Source: Camelus ferus (lineage: Eukaryota). From it: a stretch of DNA of 64,000 bases. A program made the translations under genes and the position numbers. Position 1 is the stretch's first letter, and every line of letters begins with the position of its first letter. The stretch lies in assembly GCF_009834535.1 (NCBI RefSeq), contig NC_045704.1:12834001-12898000 (forward strand), read 5' to 3'. Under the pieces are notes generated by a model, which had not been told where the DNA came from, did not search any database, and was given only the letters and a program-made list of their open reading frames with translations. Below are positions 25,873 to 37,125 of the stretch, one piece after another.

Positions 25873-26107
25873 AATCATGCAATAGGGGGGAAACGTAATT
25901 AGCTGGAATCATATTTACAGACATCCTCAAATAGGCTGTATGTTCAGGTGACAGGTACTTGTAGGTAGTCTGAATAGGTATTTCTAGAACGAATGAATTG
26001 GCTCTTTCCTTAATTTATAAACCAGAGAGCGCTTTGAACCAAATCTCCTTTACTTAGAACTTTAGTTCTTGAGTGAAAGGACCAACAATTAAATACTTGA
26101 AAACGTT

Positions 26108-26113
26108 TTTAAT
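26108..26113 (-). terminator. BCL2L12 polyadenylation signal ATTAAA
   Basis: tttaat about 150 nt past the stop. Confidence 0.6.
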
Positions 26114-26260
26114 ATGAAAACACTGTAAATGATTTTCTTTTGGCAAAAACGGGGAGGGTAGCCACCACCCGAGCCCTGAGTGGATTAGGAAAGTTTGGAA
26201 AAGCACACACAGAGTGCAGGGACATGAGGTCCGATCCTGGAGCAGCTTTGGAGGAGGAGC

Positions 26261-29200
26261 TCAGTCCAAGGGTAAGTTCAAGTCCACGGGTGATGCTGCC
26301 AGGATGCCCTCCTGGAGGGAAAAGTGGCAGAGACCAGTGAGTGGAGAGGTGTCTGCCACTCACAGAGGCATCCACATCAGCCCAGTGAGAGCGGAGATGG
26401 GGAAGGCAAGGAACCAGAGAGGGAGGGGACAGAGACCTAGAGAGAGGCAGACAGGGGTGAGGGGTGAGTGATAGAGACCCCAGGAAACTATCAGAGACCC
26501 GGGGTGGATGGGGACAGAGTCCGGGGGTGGGTGGGTGGGAGGGACAGAGGCTCAGAGAAGGGAAACAAACAGAATCTTAGAGCTTTAATGATTAAGAGCC
26601 CTGGCTCTGTGTCAAAGTCCTAATTCCAATCCCCCATCCAGCGTGAGGGACTTTCCCTCTGGGACTCCTTAAAACTGGGATAATAACCAAATCCCAGAAG
26701 GTTGTTGTGGGGTTTAAATGGAACCATTCCACTCAAGTCCTTGGCTGAGTACCTGGCCAAGTTTACCTATTATCATTCCTTACAAAAGAAAATGATTTGA
26801 CAAATAAACCAGCTTCTGCGCTGAGTTCCAGACACTTTTAACTAATATCCTGACATCATCTTTCTTTGAGGTCTGAAGGGCCTGTCTCCCTTAACTAGAC
26901 CATCTCCAGTCATCTCTGACTCCTCCCCAAACCTGCTCCCCACCTTCCCCTCCACTCTGCTCTTCCTGGTCTCAGGGGACATTAGATGGCATCATCCTTG
27001 ACTCCTTCCTGTCTTCTATTCAGTCTCCACGTCCACTCCATGAGCAAAGTCCGTCAGGTCGACCTCCAAGTGAAATCCAGAATTCTCCACTACCCCGACC
27101 CTGGTCTGTCCCACCCTCATCTCCTCCCTGGACCAGCACAGTCTCCTCCTCCGGGCTCCCTAATTCCGTCCTCGCCCCCAACAGTATTCCCCAAGCGGCC
27201 GCCAGGGGGCGTCTGTGACCACCTAAGTCAGCTCCCGCATCTACTCAAGCCCTTCTCACTCAGAGCTCACTGAAACTCCAAGTTCTTATCTTGATCACAA
27301 GGCGTAAAGCCTTGCACGATCTGGCCGCCCCTCCTGTTTTCATCTCCACCCACCCCTCACTCACCCTGCTCCAGCCCTCCTGGCCACCTCTCTGCTCCTC
27401 AAACACACCTAGCCAGCTCCCGCCAGTCTGTGAAGCAATGCTTACATTCTGACAGCCTGGCAGTGAGGACGCAGGTAAGTGAGATGGTGTCCACTGCACG
27501 AGGGGAGACTCGTGTTCAGGGAGACGAGGATAGTTGCCAAGATCACACAGCCAGTACACTGGAGCCCAATCTAGCTCTGAGCACAGCACCGGATTAAAAC
27601 AGTCAGCAAGCAAGGTAAGCCTCCCTAGTCCTTGCGGGAGAAGACAACACACAGAAAGAGATAATACGTAAAACAAGTCAATTCTACCCTGTGTTAGAAG
27701 GTGCCTGTTGGAAGGTGCAGAGTGCTGTGGAAGGAAGTAAAGCGGCAAAAAGGGAAGGAAAATGGCTGGGAGGGAGTGGAAGTGGCTGCGATTTTAAATG
27801 GGGATGATCAGGGAAGGTCTCACTGCGGGTGATATCTGAGCAGAGGAGTGGAGGAAGAGAGGCAGGAGTCTAGGGGGAAAAGGTATTCCGGCAGGCAGCG
27901 CTGCAGTCACCAGATAATCACACACAAAAATGCCCCTGTTGTGCCAAGTACTTATGAGGATGATCCCATTTTAATCCTCACAATAACACTTAGAGGTAGG
28001 TACTACAATTCTCTCCACTTTACAGATGAGGAACCTTGTTTTCCACTCATAACAGTTAATGTATACTAGAGTAGTTTAAGCTGGGCAGAGCGGCCTGCAC
28101 TGATCACTGCAGTGCCTGGTGTACAGTAGGTGCTCAGTAAACACAGAACGCATGAATGGTGGAGCTGGAAGAACACCTGTGATGTCTGGAAGGAGCCCTA
28201 AGAGCGACTCCCCCAGCCTCCCCAGCCCAAGACACACCCCTACAATGAAAATTAGGTAAAGAGAAGTCCAGAGAGGCTTTGGCGGCTCACCCAGCCCCCG
28301 TGGGCCTGGATCCAGGGCGCGAAGCTGTGCACGTGCTCTACACTGAGTCCGGTCAGGGTGCCCCCCAGCCCGGCCACGCGCCGGCTCAGCTCCATGGCCA
28401 AGGCCAGGCGGGCCAGGGGCTCCGGGGAAGGCGGCGGGGGCCCGGGGCACGGCAACGAGGGGCGTGCTTGGCTTGGGCGAGGGCTGGCCTCACGGCTAGA
28501 GAAGAGCTCCACTAGGCGGCTGAAGGAGCCGGCGGAGAGGCGGGCCAGCTTGCGCCGCAGGGCCGGGTCAGAGGCCAGCTGTAGGGCAGAAAGAGGGAAG
28601 AGGCAGGGGTCTGACTCAGCCACACCCTGGTAGCCAGCCAATAGGAAACCGGGAGGCGTGGCCTCAAGCGACTTCTATTTACAACTGGCACCCTAAGCCA
28701 CTCCCCTATCCAGCAGATCAGCCAATCACAAACCAGATTGGTTTTCGGCCCACCTACTATAGATAACCTAGAACCAGAGAAGCCAAGCCACGCCCCTACC
28801 GAGGCCTCGACAGCAATCAGGGACAAGCCCTACTTCAGCTGTGTTCTGTGATGCCACGCCCCTGTGCGCTTCCCCCAGAGGCCAAGCTAGTATCTACAAG
28901 CAACCTTACCATCTACCCTATAATTAATATTACAGAACCATACACTTTGCCCAAGCTCCTGAGCCAACCAGATTCCAGGACAGAGTCACAAGCCACACTC
29001 CCTCCGGCAGTCCATTTCCCCTACATTCTAACCCATGCCCCTATATAGTCAATCCGAGCTTCAGATTTTAGACAGCGGTTTCCAAACTACCCCTCCTCAC
29101 TACAGTACATTCCTTTCCTCAACTGGTCCCAGTCTTTCCTAGAACATGGTTCTTATGGCCACACCCTCTGCCTTTAGGCCACGCCCCTCGAACGATTAAT

Positions 29201-31146
29201 GATAGCCACTAATTTAAGGTTTACCTCTGTCACTCAGAGGTACCCTTCACTGAAGCCTTGCCCCCACCCTCTCCCCACCTGACCATCTAATGAGAATGCA
29301 GAGCCAGTTTCAGGTCCCAGTGCAAACTATGCCGCAATTCCAATCCAAGCTAAGGGATGGCAGGCGGTGGGGGCGGGGCGGGGGAGCAGGGTATAGCTTA
29401 GTGGTTGGAGTATACGATTAGCATGCACGAAACGAGGTCATGGGTTCAACTAAATAAATAAACCTAATTACCTCCCCCCAAAACAAAAACAAACAAACAA
29501 AAAACAAGCTAAGGGATGAAACAGACTGCCCATCACCTTCTGGTTGATGACTTCTGCCTCCTCCTCCAGCAAGGCCACCAGCTTCCGCAGCAGGGCTTCC
29601 TTCTCTGTGGGTGGTGGACCCTGTAATTCTGGGGGGGAGGGGAGCAGACAAGAATTTGGCCTGGGGCAGAACCCTGGCAACCCTTCTACCCTTATCCTTC
29701 TTCAGGGCCCCTTGGCACCTCACCCGGGCTAGGTGGGGATTTCAGTTGCTCTTGGACCAGCTGTTCCAGTCGCTGGGCCACGAGGGCATAGAAGTCTGGA
29801 GTAGCTGGACCTGGGGTGAAAAGAGCCAATGAGGGGTGTTTCGGACATCAGGAACTTATGGATTCTCTCCTCCCAACCACCTTGCCAGAAATGAGGTAAA
29901 CTGAGGCCCAGTGAGCAAAGTTGGTGAAAAAAAAAAAAACCCTTGTACTTTCTCCCCAGTTGGACTTAGAATGTTAAGAGCTGAACTGGACCTTGAAGAT
30001 TATCCCATCCAAGGAAGGCAAACACATAGCACTCCAGCTATTACCACTCTATCCCTTGCCCATTTCAGGCAACAGCTCTTCACAGAACTCTTGACCCCAG
30101 CTGTGAAATCCTCATCAAGCTAATACTCTCAGTAGGCATTACTAGTCAATCCAGTCTCACATATGATTATCAGCCTGCTGATCATTCTTGATCAAGTCCA
30201 ATGAACTACCCCCACACCAATTCCTACTTGGCTACTGGAGAAAAGAATTCAGGTAAGCAAAACAGCCAAGAAATTGTGACCGAAAATCAGGTCTCCTGCC
30301 TCTCTGGTGGATACAAAAATCCTACACGTATGGGACTGAGAAAGAGAACAAATAGAAAGGGACCACAGGCCCTCCTGAAGCCAGCTCACAGAAATGACAG
30401 ACAGCAATCTAACTGGGGGTTGGGGGTGAATGTAGGTGCTTAGCTGAGTGATCTTTAACTAGTTCCTTATCCTCTCTATGCTTTAAGAAAAAGTTTCTGT
30501 CACAGCAAAAAACAAAAATGTGACAATGAATGTATGTATGTTCATGTATAACTGAAAAATTGTGCTCTACACTGGAATTTGACACAACATTGTAAAATGA
30601 CTACAACTCAATAAAAAAACGTTTAAAAAAAAAGAAAAAAGAAAAAGCTCTGGCCCTGCCAGTTCTTCAGTGATCAAGGGCAATCTCTTACCAGGCTCTG
30701 AACCATAGCAGGGCCGGAGGGGCAGGGAGCAGGGCCGAGGGGACTCAGGGGGAACTGCTCCACGCCCCAGGGAGCAGGGAAGACATCTTCGAAGGCGGCT
30801 CAGGAAATCTGTTGGCTCCTCCTGGGTAGGGCTCCTGGGGAAGGGGACCTCAGAGAGTGAAGACAGAGGCCCTTTGCAAGCAGTCCCCCTTTGTCCTCCC
30901 ACTGAGGGCCTACTAAAGACAAGGAACAGAGCCAGATACAAAGAAGGGGGAAAGGAGACAGACTGAGACCAGGAGCAAGAGTTGGAGAGGGGCCCACTTC
31001 AAATGCAGTTCCCTGAGGGAGGAGGGCAACTCCTCTTACCTGGATGGGGTCGGAATGGGAGACCCAGGAGCCTCACCCCGCCTAAGGAAGGCAGCTAGGA
31101 CCCTCAGCGTGTCCTCCCGGAGCCCCAGCTCTTCCGAGCCTGCCAT
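26261..31146 (-). CDS. BCL2L12: BCL2-like protein 12 (255 aa from MAGSEE)
   Basis: Exons 31040-31146, 30692-30834, 29724-29810, 29537-29628, 28291-28578, 26261-26311; sum 768 nt. BH2-like WIQAHGGW-EGIL; ends VDLNLPLD*. Confidence 0.96.
26880..27900. mobile_element. L2 and MIR fragments in BCL2L12 intron 6
   Basis: L2-type text (gacctccaa..atccagaattct, ctcctcaaacacacc..gctcc) and MIR cores. Confidence 0.6.
29387..29506 (+). mobile_element. Vic-1-type SINE with an internal deletion after GGTTCAA
   Basis: A box present; the B box is truncated and joins directly to the tail. Confidence 0.75.
30494..30638 (+). mobile_element. Short L1 3'-end insertion with poly(A) and TSD AAGAAAAAG
   Basis: tgtataactgaaaaattgtgctctacac..aacattgtaaa..gactacaactcaataaaaaa; TSDs at 30485-30493 and 30639-30647. 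Confidence 0.75.
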
Positions 31147-31174
31147 GGGGCCACCTGTGAGAAAGGGAGCTGGG

Positions 31175-31570
31175 GGATGGACCCCAGGGTTCAGAGGGAA
31201 GTGGAGGCTTGGGGCCCAAACTCCTAGTCCTTGAATGAGGAAGGGGCCAGGACTTGTGAATCCCCAAAGGAGGAAGGGGCTGAGGGTCTGGATTCCCAGG
31301 TCCTTTACGGGAGCTGGGGTCTGGAGAGCCAGAAGTTTGAGTCCCCAGAGGGAGAAGAGGAATAAGTTGAAGACACCTTGATCCTGGAAAAAGAGATTGG
31401 AGATCCAGATTCTTGGGTCTAAGGGAGGAGGGGACTAGGGCCCTGGATTCTTGAGTTTTCGGAGAAAGGGGTTGGGGGTCTGAACTCTTGAATCTAAGAC
31501 AGAAGGGGATTGGGGCCTCAGATCTCTGAGTCCCCAGAGGGAGAAAGGGGCTTGGGGCTCCGACTTCTCT
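31175..31570 (+). repeat. Degenerate MSR1-like (36-38 bp) minisatellite array, BCL2L12 intron 1
   Basis: Recurrent ggg(g)tctggattc..gggtct..gagggaggagggg units. Confidence 0.65.
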
Positions 31571-31838
31571 ATTCTTAAGGTATATGCCAAACTACTCAGG
31601 TCGGTAGAGGATCGGAAACTACCAATCCCAGCAGGCTTCATAGCAAACATCCCCCTCCGTCCGTTACTTGTTCGCCGCGCAGCCTGCTGGGAAGTGTAGT
31701 TCCACTCTCTGACTCAGGCTGGACGTTGGGGGACCCGCGACGCTTTGATGTTGCAGAAGCGGTACTGGGTTGCCCGTTCCTGGATCTTGGCCCCCTCTTC
31801 TTCCCTCCTCACCTAGCCCTCGCTAATGTGCTGCTCAC

Positions 31839-32060
31839 CTGGTCCCGGTCGCCGCCGCCGCCTCCTTCTCCTTTGAATTTGTATAAACTTTCCTTTCTCA
31901 AGTGAACTTTCCCGCGCCTGCGCACTGGGCTGGGTTGGTGACGGCCCAGAGGTTGAGGGCGGAGCGCTGGTTCCCGCCTTATTTGCATGTGACGTTCCCA
32001 GCATGCCTGTAGTAGGAAGGCCTAAAAAAGGCATGGGGGTGGCGGGACGCCCGGGCTCAC
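31839..32060 (-). other. BCL2L12: BCL2L12 exon 1 (5' UTR or optional N-terminal extension; 5' end approximate)
   Basis: Donor CCAG|GTGAGC at 31839/31838 and a second donor TAG|GTGAGG at 31813/31812. Exon 2 acceptor at 31154. Confidence 0.7.
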
Positions 32061-32089
32061 GGTGCCGCCTCTTTGGCTCTGGGTGCAAA

Positions 32090-32239
32090 CATCCAACCGA
32101 CGATAAAGTTGCTTCTATTTCAAGAAATCGATAGAAAAGGAAGCTAAAGCTCAGCTGACGGGAAGTGGGTTGTTCAGCTACGAGTTCGAGAGCTACGGGA
32201 CTGCAAAGCCAGGGGTGCGCGTCCCGACCAACTACATAG
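32090..32239 (+). other. IRF3: IRF3 non-coding exon 1 (5' end approximate)
   Basis: Donor TAG|GTAACA at 32239/32240; splices to the acceptor CAG|GCCGGACC-ATG at 32995. Confidence 0.7.
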
Positions 32240-33002
32240 GTAACACGGAAAAGCTGGGGAGTGAGGAACCGGAGAAAGAATGGGTCTACCCTGACAGTGG
32301 AGATGGGGGGGGTGTATACTCTGGAGAAAGTGAAGCAAGAAGGGGAAAACGTGAAGCAATGGCTGGCGCCGAGGTCGGTTTTTAAAAAAAAATGCTTAGG
32401 AAAAGTAGCGGGGAGGAGGGGAAAAGTCTGCATTGGGGGATCTAGGGGAGAGAATGATGGACTCTGCGAATGCAAGGCAGTCCACTCTAGGAAGTGGGAT
32501 TGTGCCCTGGAGAAAGGAGGCTGTTTAGAAGGAATTGTGGATGGAGGGGATCTTCTGGGGGGAGATTGAGAAGGTGGAAGGAGGTCTACGCGGGTGTAAG
32601 AGCGGGAGGTAGAGGTCTACACGTCACTAGGCGTCTGCAGGGCAATAACTAGAGGGCTCTACCTTGGAAGTGGGAGTACCTGCTTTGGGTGAAGTGGGGG
32701 AGGGAGGGGCTTTCAATGGAAGAGGGAAGGTCTACACTGGAGGAATGGGGTTTGGGGGTAGCGGTAGATGCACAGAAACTGGGGAAAGGGAGGTGTCTAA
32801 AGTGGATTTGGGAGGGAGTCCTCGCTCTATTAGGGACTGTCTTCGGAAGATGGGAGGTCTGCTGTTTGTACCCCAGGAAAATATAAGTGAAGGACCTGCG
32901 CCGTGGCCCGGGGAAGGGAGATCTGGGTGCGGAACCCTTCGACCAAGTGGGCTTGGAAGGCCGTCTGTACCCAGGAACTGCCCTCTGCGCGCAGGCCGGA
33001 CC

Positions 33003-36000
33003 ATGGGAACCCAAAAACCTCGGATCCTGCCCTGGCTGGTATCGCAACTGGACCACGGGCAACTGGAGGGCGTGGCCTGGCTTGACGAGAGCCGCACGCG
33101 CTTCCGCATCCCTTGGAAGCATGGCCTGCGGCAGGATGCCCAGCAGGAGGACTTCGGGATTTTCCAGGTGCGTGAGCGCCCGGAGGGGTGGACTCTGAGG
33201 GGGAGGGGCCGAGAAGGCGGGATTAGCACTCGTGGAGCAGGCCCGAACTTATTCTGGCGGTGGAGGTGGGTGGGGCTAGAAGGCGAAGGGGCAAATCTTG
33301 TAGGATCGGCGAACTGGAGAAGTCAAGATCGGAGCCGCCAGGTTCCGGAAATAGAACCGGGAAAGTGAAAGAAACGCATCCTTGGGGGTTCGAAGCTCGC
33401 CGGGTGGAGCTCTTGGGGTTGTTGAATTCCGAGGGCGGGTCTTGGAATACTGAGGCGAGATTGGACCCTGAAGCTTAGGTTACTTACCACCAAATTAGGA
33501 CACACCTGTGATGGTAAACCGAGTTAGAGTGCGAGGGGGCGGGGTTATTAGGGTGTCTTGGGGCAGGTTGTTGGCACAGTTAGACACCCATTAGGACCTG
33601 GAAGGCTGGCTTAGAAAGCAAATGGTTTTGAAGTGTGGAGGTGGGGGGCTTGGGGCGCAGAGAATCCGAGAGTTTGGGGATGGAACCTTGCCAGGTTAGA
33701 GCTTGCCGGACGAGAGGACCGTGTTAGGATGAGGGGAGGCAGGATTAGGACCCGTGAGGCAGGATCTAAGTTATGCTACCCACTAACTTGGTACCACCGG
33801 TCTCCCAGGCCTGGGCCGAGGCCAGTGGTGCCTACACTCCTGGAAAGGATAAGCCCGACCTGCCCACCTGGAAGAGGAATTTCCGGTCCGCCCTGAACCG
33901 TAAGGAAGTGCTGCGTTTAGCGGATGACCGGAGCAAGGACCCCCACGACCCGCATAAAATCTATGAGTTTGTGACCTCAGGTGTGCTGGAAGTGAGGCTT
34001 CGCTTGGAGGGATGGGATTTCCAGTGTCCCCAGCGCCCCTACTGCACTCACTACCTTTCTCGACAGGAATTGGGGACTTTGTTGAGCCAGACACCTGTCT
34101 AGACACCAACAGCAGATCCAGTACCTCTGATACCCAGGTAGGAATGCACCCTGACCATCCTCTTCTCAGTCTCTCTGTCTCCTCCCCTCTTTGCATCTTC
34201 TCGGGCCCATCCAGGCCTCATCTTCTTCCCCTGGTCCATCACCCCAGGCTCCATCCTCTCCCCTGCAGTCTGTCCCCAATGTGACCTAGTGCTGACTCTG
34301 TCCCTCCCCTGCTCACAGCCCTCCCATAGCTTCCCAGCGTCCCCAGGAGAAAACTCAGAGCTTTCACCAGGCATTCAAGGTCCTAACCCACATTTCTGGG
34401 ATTTCAGAGCTTTCCTCCCTGTGCAGGGTACCCTCAGCCTCTTGGGAACTCAACCTCCCGCTCCTTGATCTTACTGATGTCTAAGGAAAAGTTCCCTCTG
34501 AAATTCGACCCAGCCTTCTCTGCCCAGGTCTTGCTTACATAAAACCAGATCCATGGGCTGGAATTAGCTGTTCCCCTCGGGCTACTGTAGTGTCAAGCAT
34601 ATTTCCAAGCATATATTTTACTGTCTGTGCCTGTGGCCCTCTCTCCCTTGGCTAGGAGCCCCTTCAGGGCAAAGCTCAGGTCTGACTGCTCTCTGGGTCC
34701 CTCCATTGCTAAGCACAAGACCTGGTCCATGTGAAGTCTCCAGAAAATGCTGTAGAAATGATTCCATTCGTTGTTTGTTGTTTTTTGTTTTTTTTTTTGG
34801 CTCTCCAGGAAGACAGTCTGGAGAAGTTACTGAGTAGTGTGGACTTGGCCCCAGATGGAGGTCCCTCAGGCCTGACTGTGGCCCCTGCTCACCCACCCCA
34901 GCTCTTGCTGAGCCCCAACTTCGACATCCCTGCTCCTTGCCCAAATTCTGGTCTCCTTGAAAACCCCCTGAAGCACCTGTTGGTAAGCGAGGAAGGTGAG
35001 TGCCAGCCATGGGATGGGAGGGGCTGGGGCCAGGGCCACGAGCCCCCTGACACCCTGTCTATCTCTCTCCCCCTTCATGTTGCTGCTGCTCAGACTGGGA
35101 GTTTGAGGTGACCGCCTTCTACCGGGGCTGCCAAGTCTTCCAGCAGACTATCTTCTGCCAGGGGGGTCTGCGGCTGGTGGGATCAGAAACAGGGGACAGG
35201 ACACTGCCTGGGCAGCCAATAAGACTGCCAGACCCTGCGGTGTCCCTGACAGATAGGGGTGTGATAGACTATGTGAGGCGTGTACTGAGCTGCCTGGGTG
35301 GGGGACTGGCTCTGGGGAGGGCAGGGCAGTGGCTCTGGGCCCAGAGGCTGGGACACTGCCATGTGTACTGGGCCGTGGGCGAGGAACTCCTCCCCGACAG
35401 TGGTCACAAGCCTGATGGTGAGGTCCCCAAGGACACAGAAGGAGGCGTGTTCAACCTGGGGCCCTTCATAGCAGGTGAGTGAGGCAGAGCCTTAGTTCTG
35501 CTATGGAAATGGCAGGCGATGGTGGTTAAGAACTCTGGGGTCAGGAGGTTTGGGATCTGATTCAGACCCTGCTGCTCTGCTGGTGGTTGAACCTGGGGAG
35601 AACTGGACTTCTCTGAAGCTGTGGAGTCTGAGGACTGGTGCCTGTGTCTCCTTACCTGCCCGGAGCTGGCAGGCGGCACAGGGCCCAGTGTACAGAGGCG
35701 CTCAGGGAATGAGCTGCCATAGTTATCATCCTTACCAATCACGGTGGAAAGACAGACACAAGAGAAAGAAGTCCTTTAGGGCTTTGCTATCTGAATAGAC
35801 CTTTCTGCAGTGATGGAAACGCTTTGTATTTTTACTGCCCAATAAGGTAGCCACTAGCTCCGTGTGGCTACTGAGTACTTAGATGAGGTGAGTGCAAATG
35901 AGGAAGTGAGTTTTAAGATTTGATTTTAATCAGATAGAATTAAAACTGAATAGCCATGGAGGCTAATGGCTACATACCGGATAGTGCAGCCTTGAGGGGT

Positions 36001-37079
36001 TAAAGGGCAGTAAGCCAGTAACCACCAAGCATCTTGTACTCCAGAATCACTGAGTGGCCTTGGGGGAGTGGACTTCCCTCCTGGGCTTGTTCCCCCAACC
36101 AAATACTGAGGCTCTCTGAAGGGGCCTGGGGAGGCAGACTTTCCAGCCCCACCCTGATGGAAGGGAGAGAGGAGGAACATTTAAGTTTGTGCCAGAACGG
36201 CAGGACTTTCCCCACATCAACACCCCCTGGTGGTGGTGGCATGGGTGTGTTGGGCTTTGGATCAGGGGAGAAGGTTACTCAGGTTTTGAGGGGGCAGGTA
36301 GAGGGTCTTCTTCCTATCCCTGACTAGGTTCCTGGGCCCCCAGATCTGATTGCCTTCATCGAAGGAAGCAGGCGCTCACCACGCTACACCCTCTGGTTCT
36401 GTGTGGGGCAGTCGTGGCCCCAGGACCAATCATGGATCAAGAGACTTGTAATGGTCAAGGTACTGCAGTGCTGGGCTCCGGGAACTGTGGGGTGGATCTT
36501 AAAAAGGCAGGAGGTTGCTCTTAGGAACTACAACTCCCACAAGCCCCTTAAAGAAACTGTAACTTCCAAGAGTCTCTGCAACCACCAGTTCCTTACCCTC
36601 AGGAGCTTCTGGGTGTCCCTCCCATGGCCTCACCCCCAGAGCCTATTTTGAGTTCTCCCAGCCATGTGGAAGTTGGTGGACTCCAAGTCCTGGCAGCCTC
36701 TGTGGGGTATTACAGCTCCGAGGAGTCCTGACCACAAGCTGCTCGGCCCTAGCTTCTGGGAACCCTTTAGCAGCGCCTGGGCCTAATGGTTTATCCTGGG
36801 GTATAGTGGGGGCTGCTGGGAGTTTTAGTCCACTCAGCACCACCCTGACAGCAAATGGTGTTGGCTGTTTCCCCTGACTCCCCTGTTTTCCCCCACCTCC
36901 TACAGGTTGTGCCCATGTGCCTCAGGGCCCTGCTAGATATGGCACGGGCAGGGGGTGCCTCCTCCCTGGAGAACACTGTGGACCTGCACATTTCCAACAG
37001 CCACCCGCTCTCCCTCACCTCAGACCAGTACAAGGCCTACCTCCAGGACCTGGTGGAGGACATGGACATGGACTTCTAG
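33003..37079 (+). CDS. IRF3: Interferon regulatory factor 3 (421 aa)
   Basis: Exons 33003-33167, 33809-33980, 34067-34137, 34809-34995, 35094-35474, 36344-36459, 36906-37079; sum 1266 nt. Trp-repeat DNA-binding domain, IAD, and GASSLENTVDLHISNS with the pLxIS motif. Confidence 0.99.
35790..35995. mobile_element. MER3-like hAT-Charlie element in IRF3 intron 6
   Basis: gtagccactagc..tgtggctactgag..; tagccat..ggctaatggcta..ggatagtgcag. Confidence 0.7.
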
Positions 37080-37119
37080 GTCACTGGGGAGGCCTAAGCC
37101 CTTGCCCTTTACATCAACC

Positions 37120-37125
37120 AATAAA
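37120..37125 (+). terminator. IRF3 polyadenylation signal AATAAA (very short 3' UTR)
   Basis: AATAAA 40 nt after the stop. Confidence 0.85.

Larger units (their letters stand above)
31680..32240. promoter_or_regulatory. Bidirectional IRF3/BCL2L12 CpG-island promoter
   Basis: Head-to-head genes. ZNF143/SBS motif TGCTGGGAAGTGTAGT at 31685-31700, NRF1-like GCGCCTGCGCA at 31914-31924, octamer TTATTTGCAT at 31979-31988, and GC boxes. Confidence 0.85.

Noticed and set aside
28440-28480. Five extra residues in BCL2L12 exon 6 relative to recalled human (288 vs about 273 nt)
   Set aside because: In-frame indel in a Pro/Ser-rich variable loop, of low significance without an alignment.
31813-33368. 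ORF-track 220-aa and 234-aa ORFs as full proteins
   Set aside because: Their listed starts (32475, 32664) are TTG, not ATG; only the internal ATGs are discussed.
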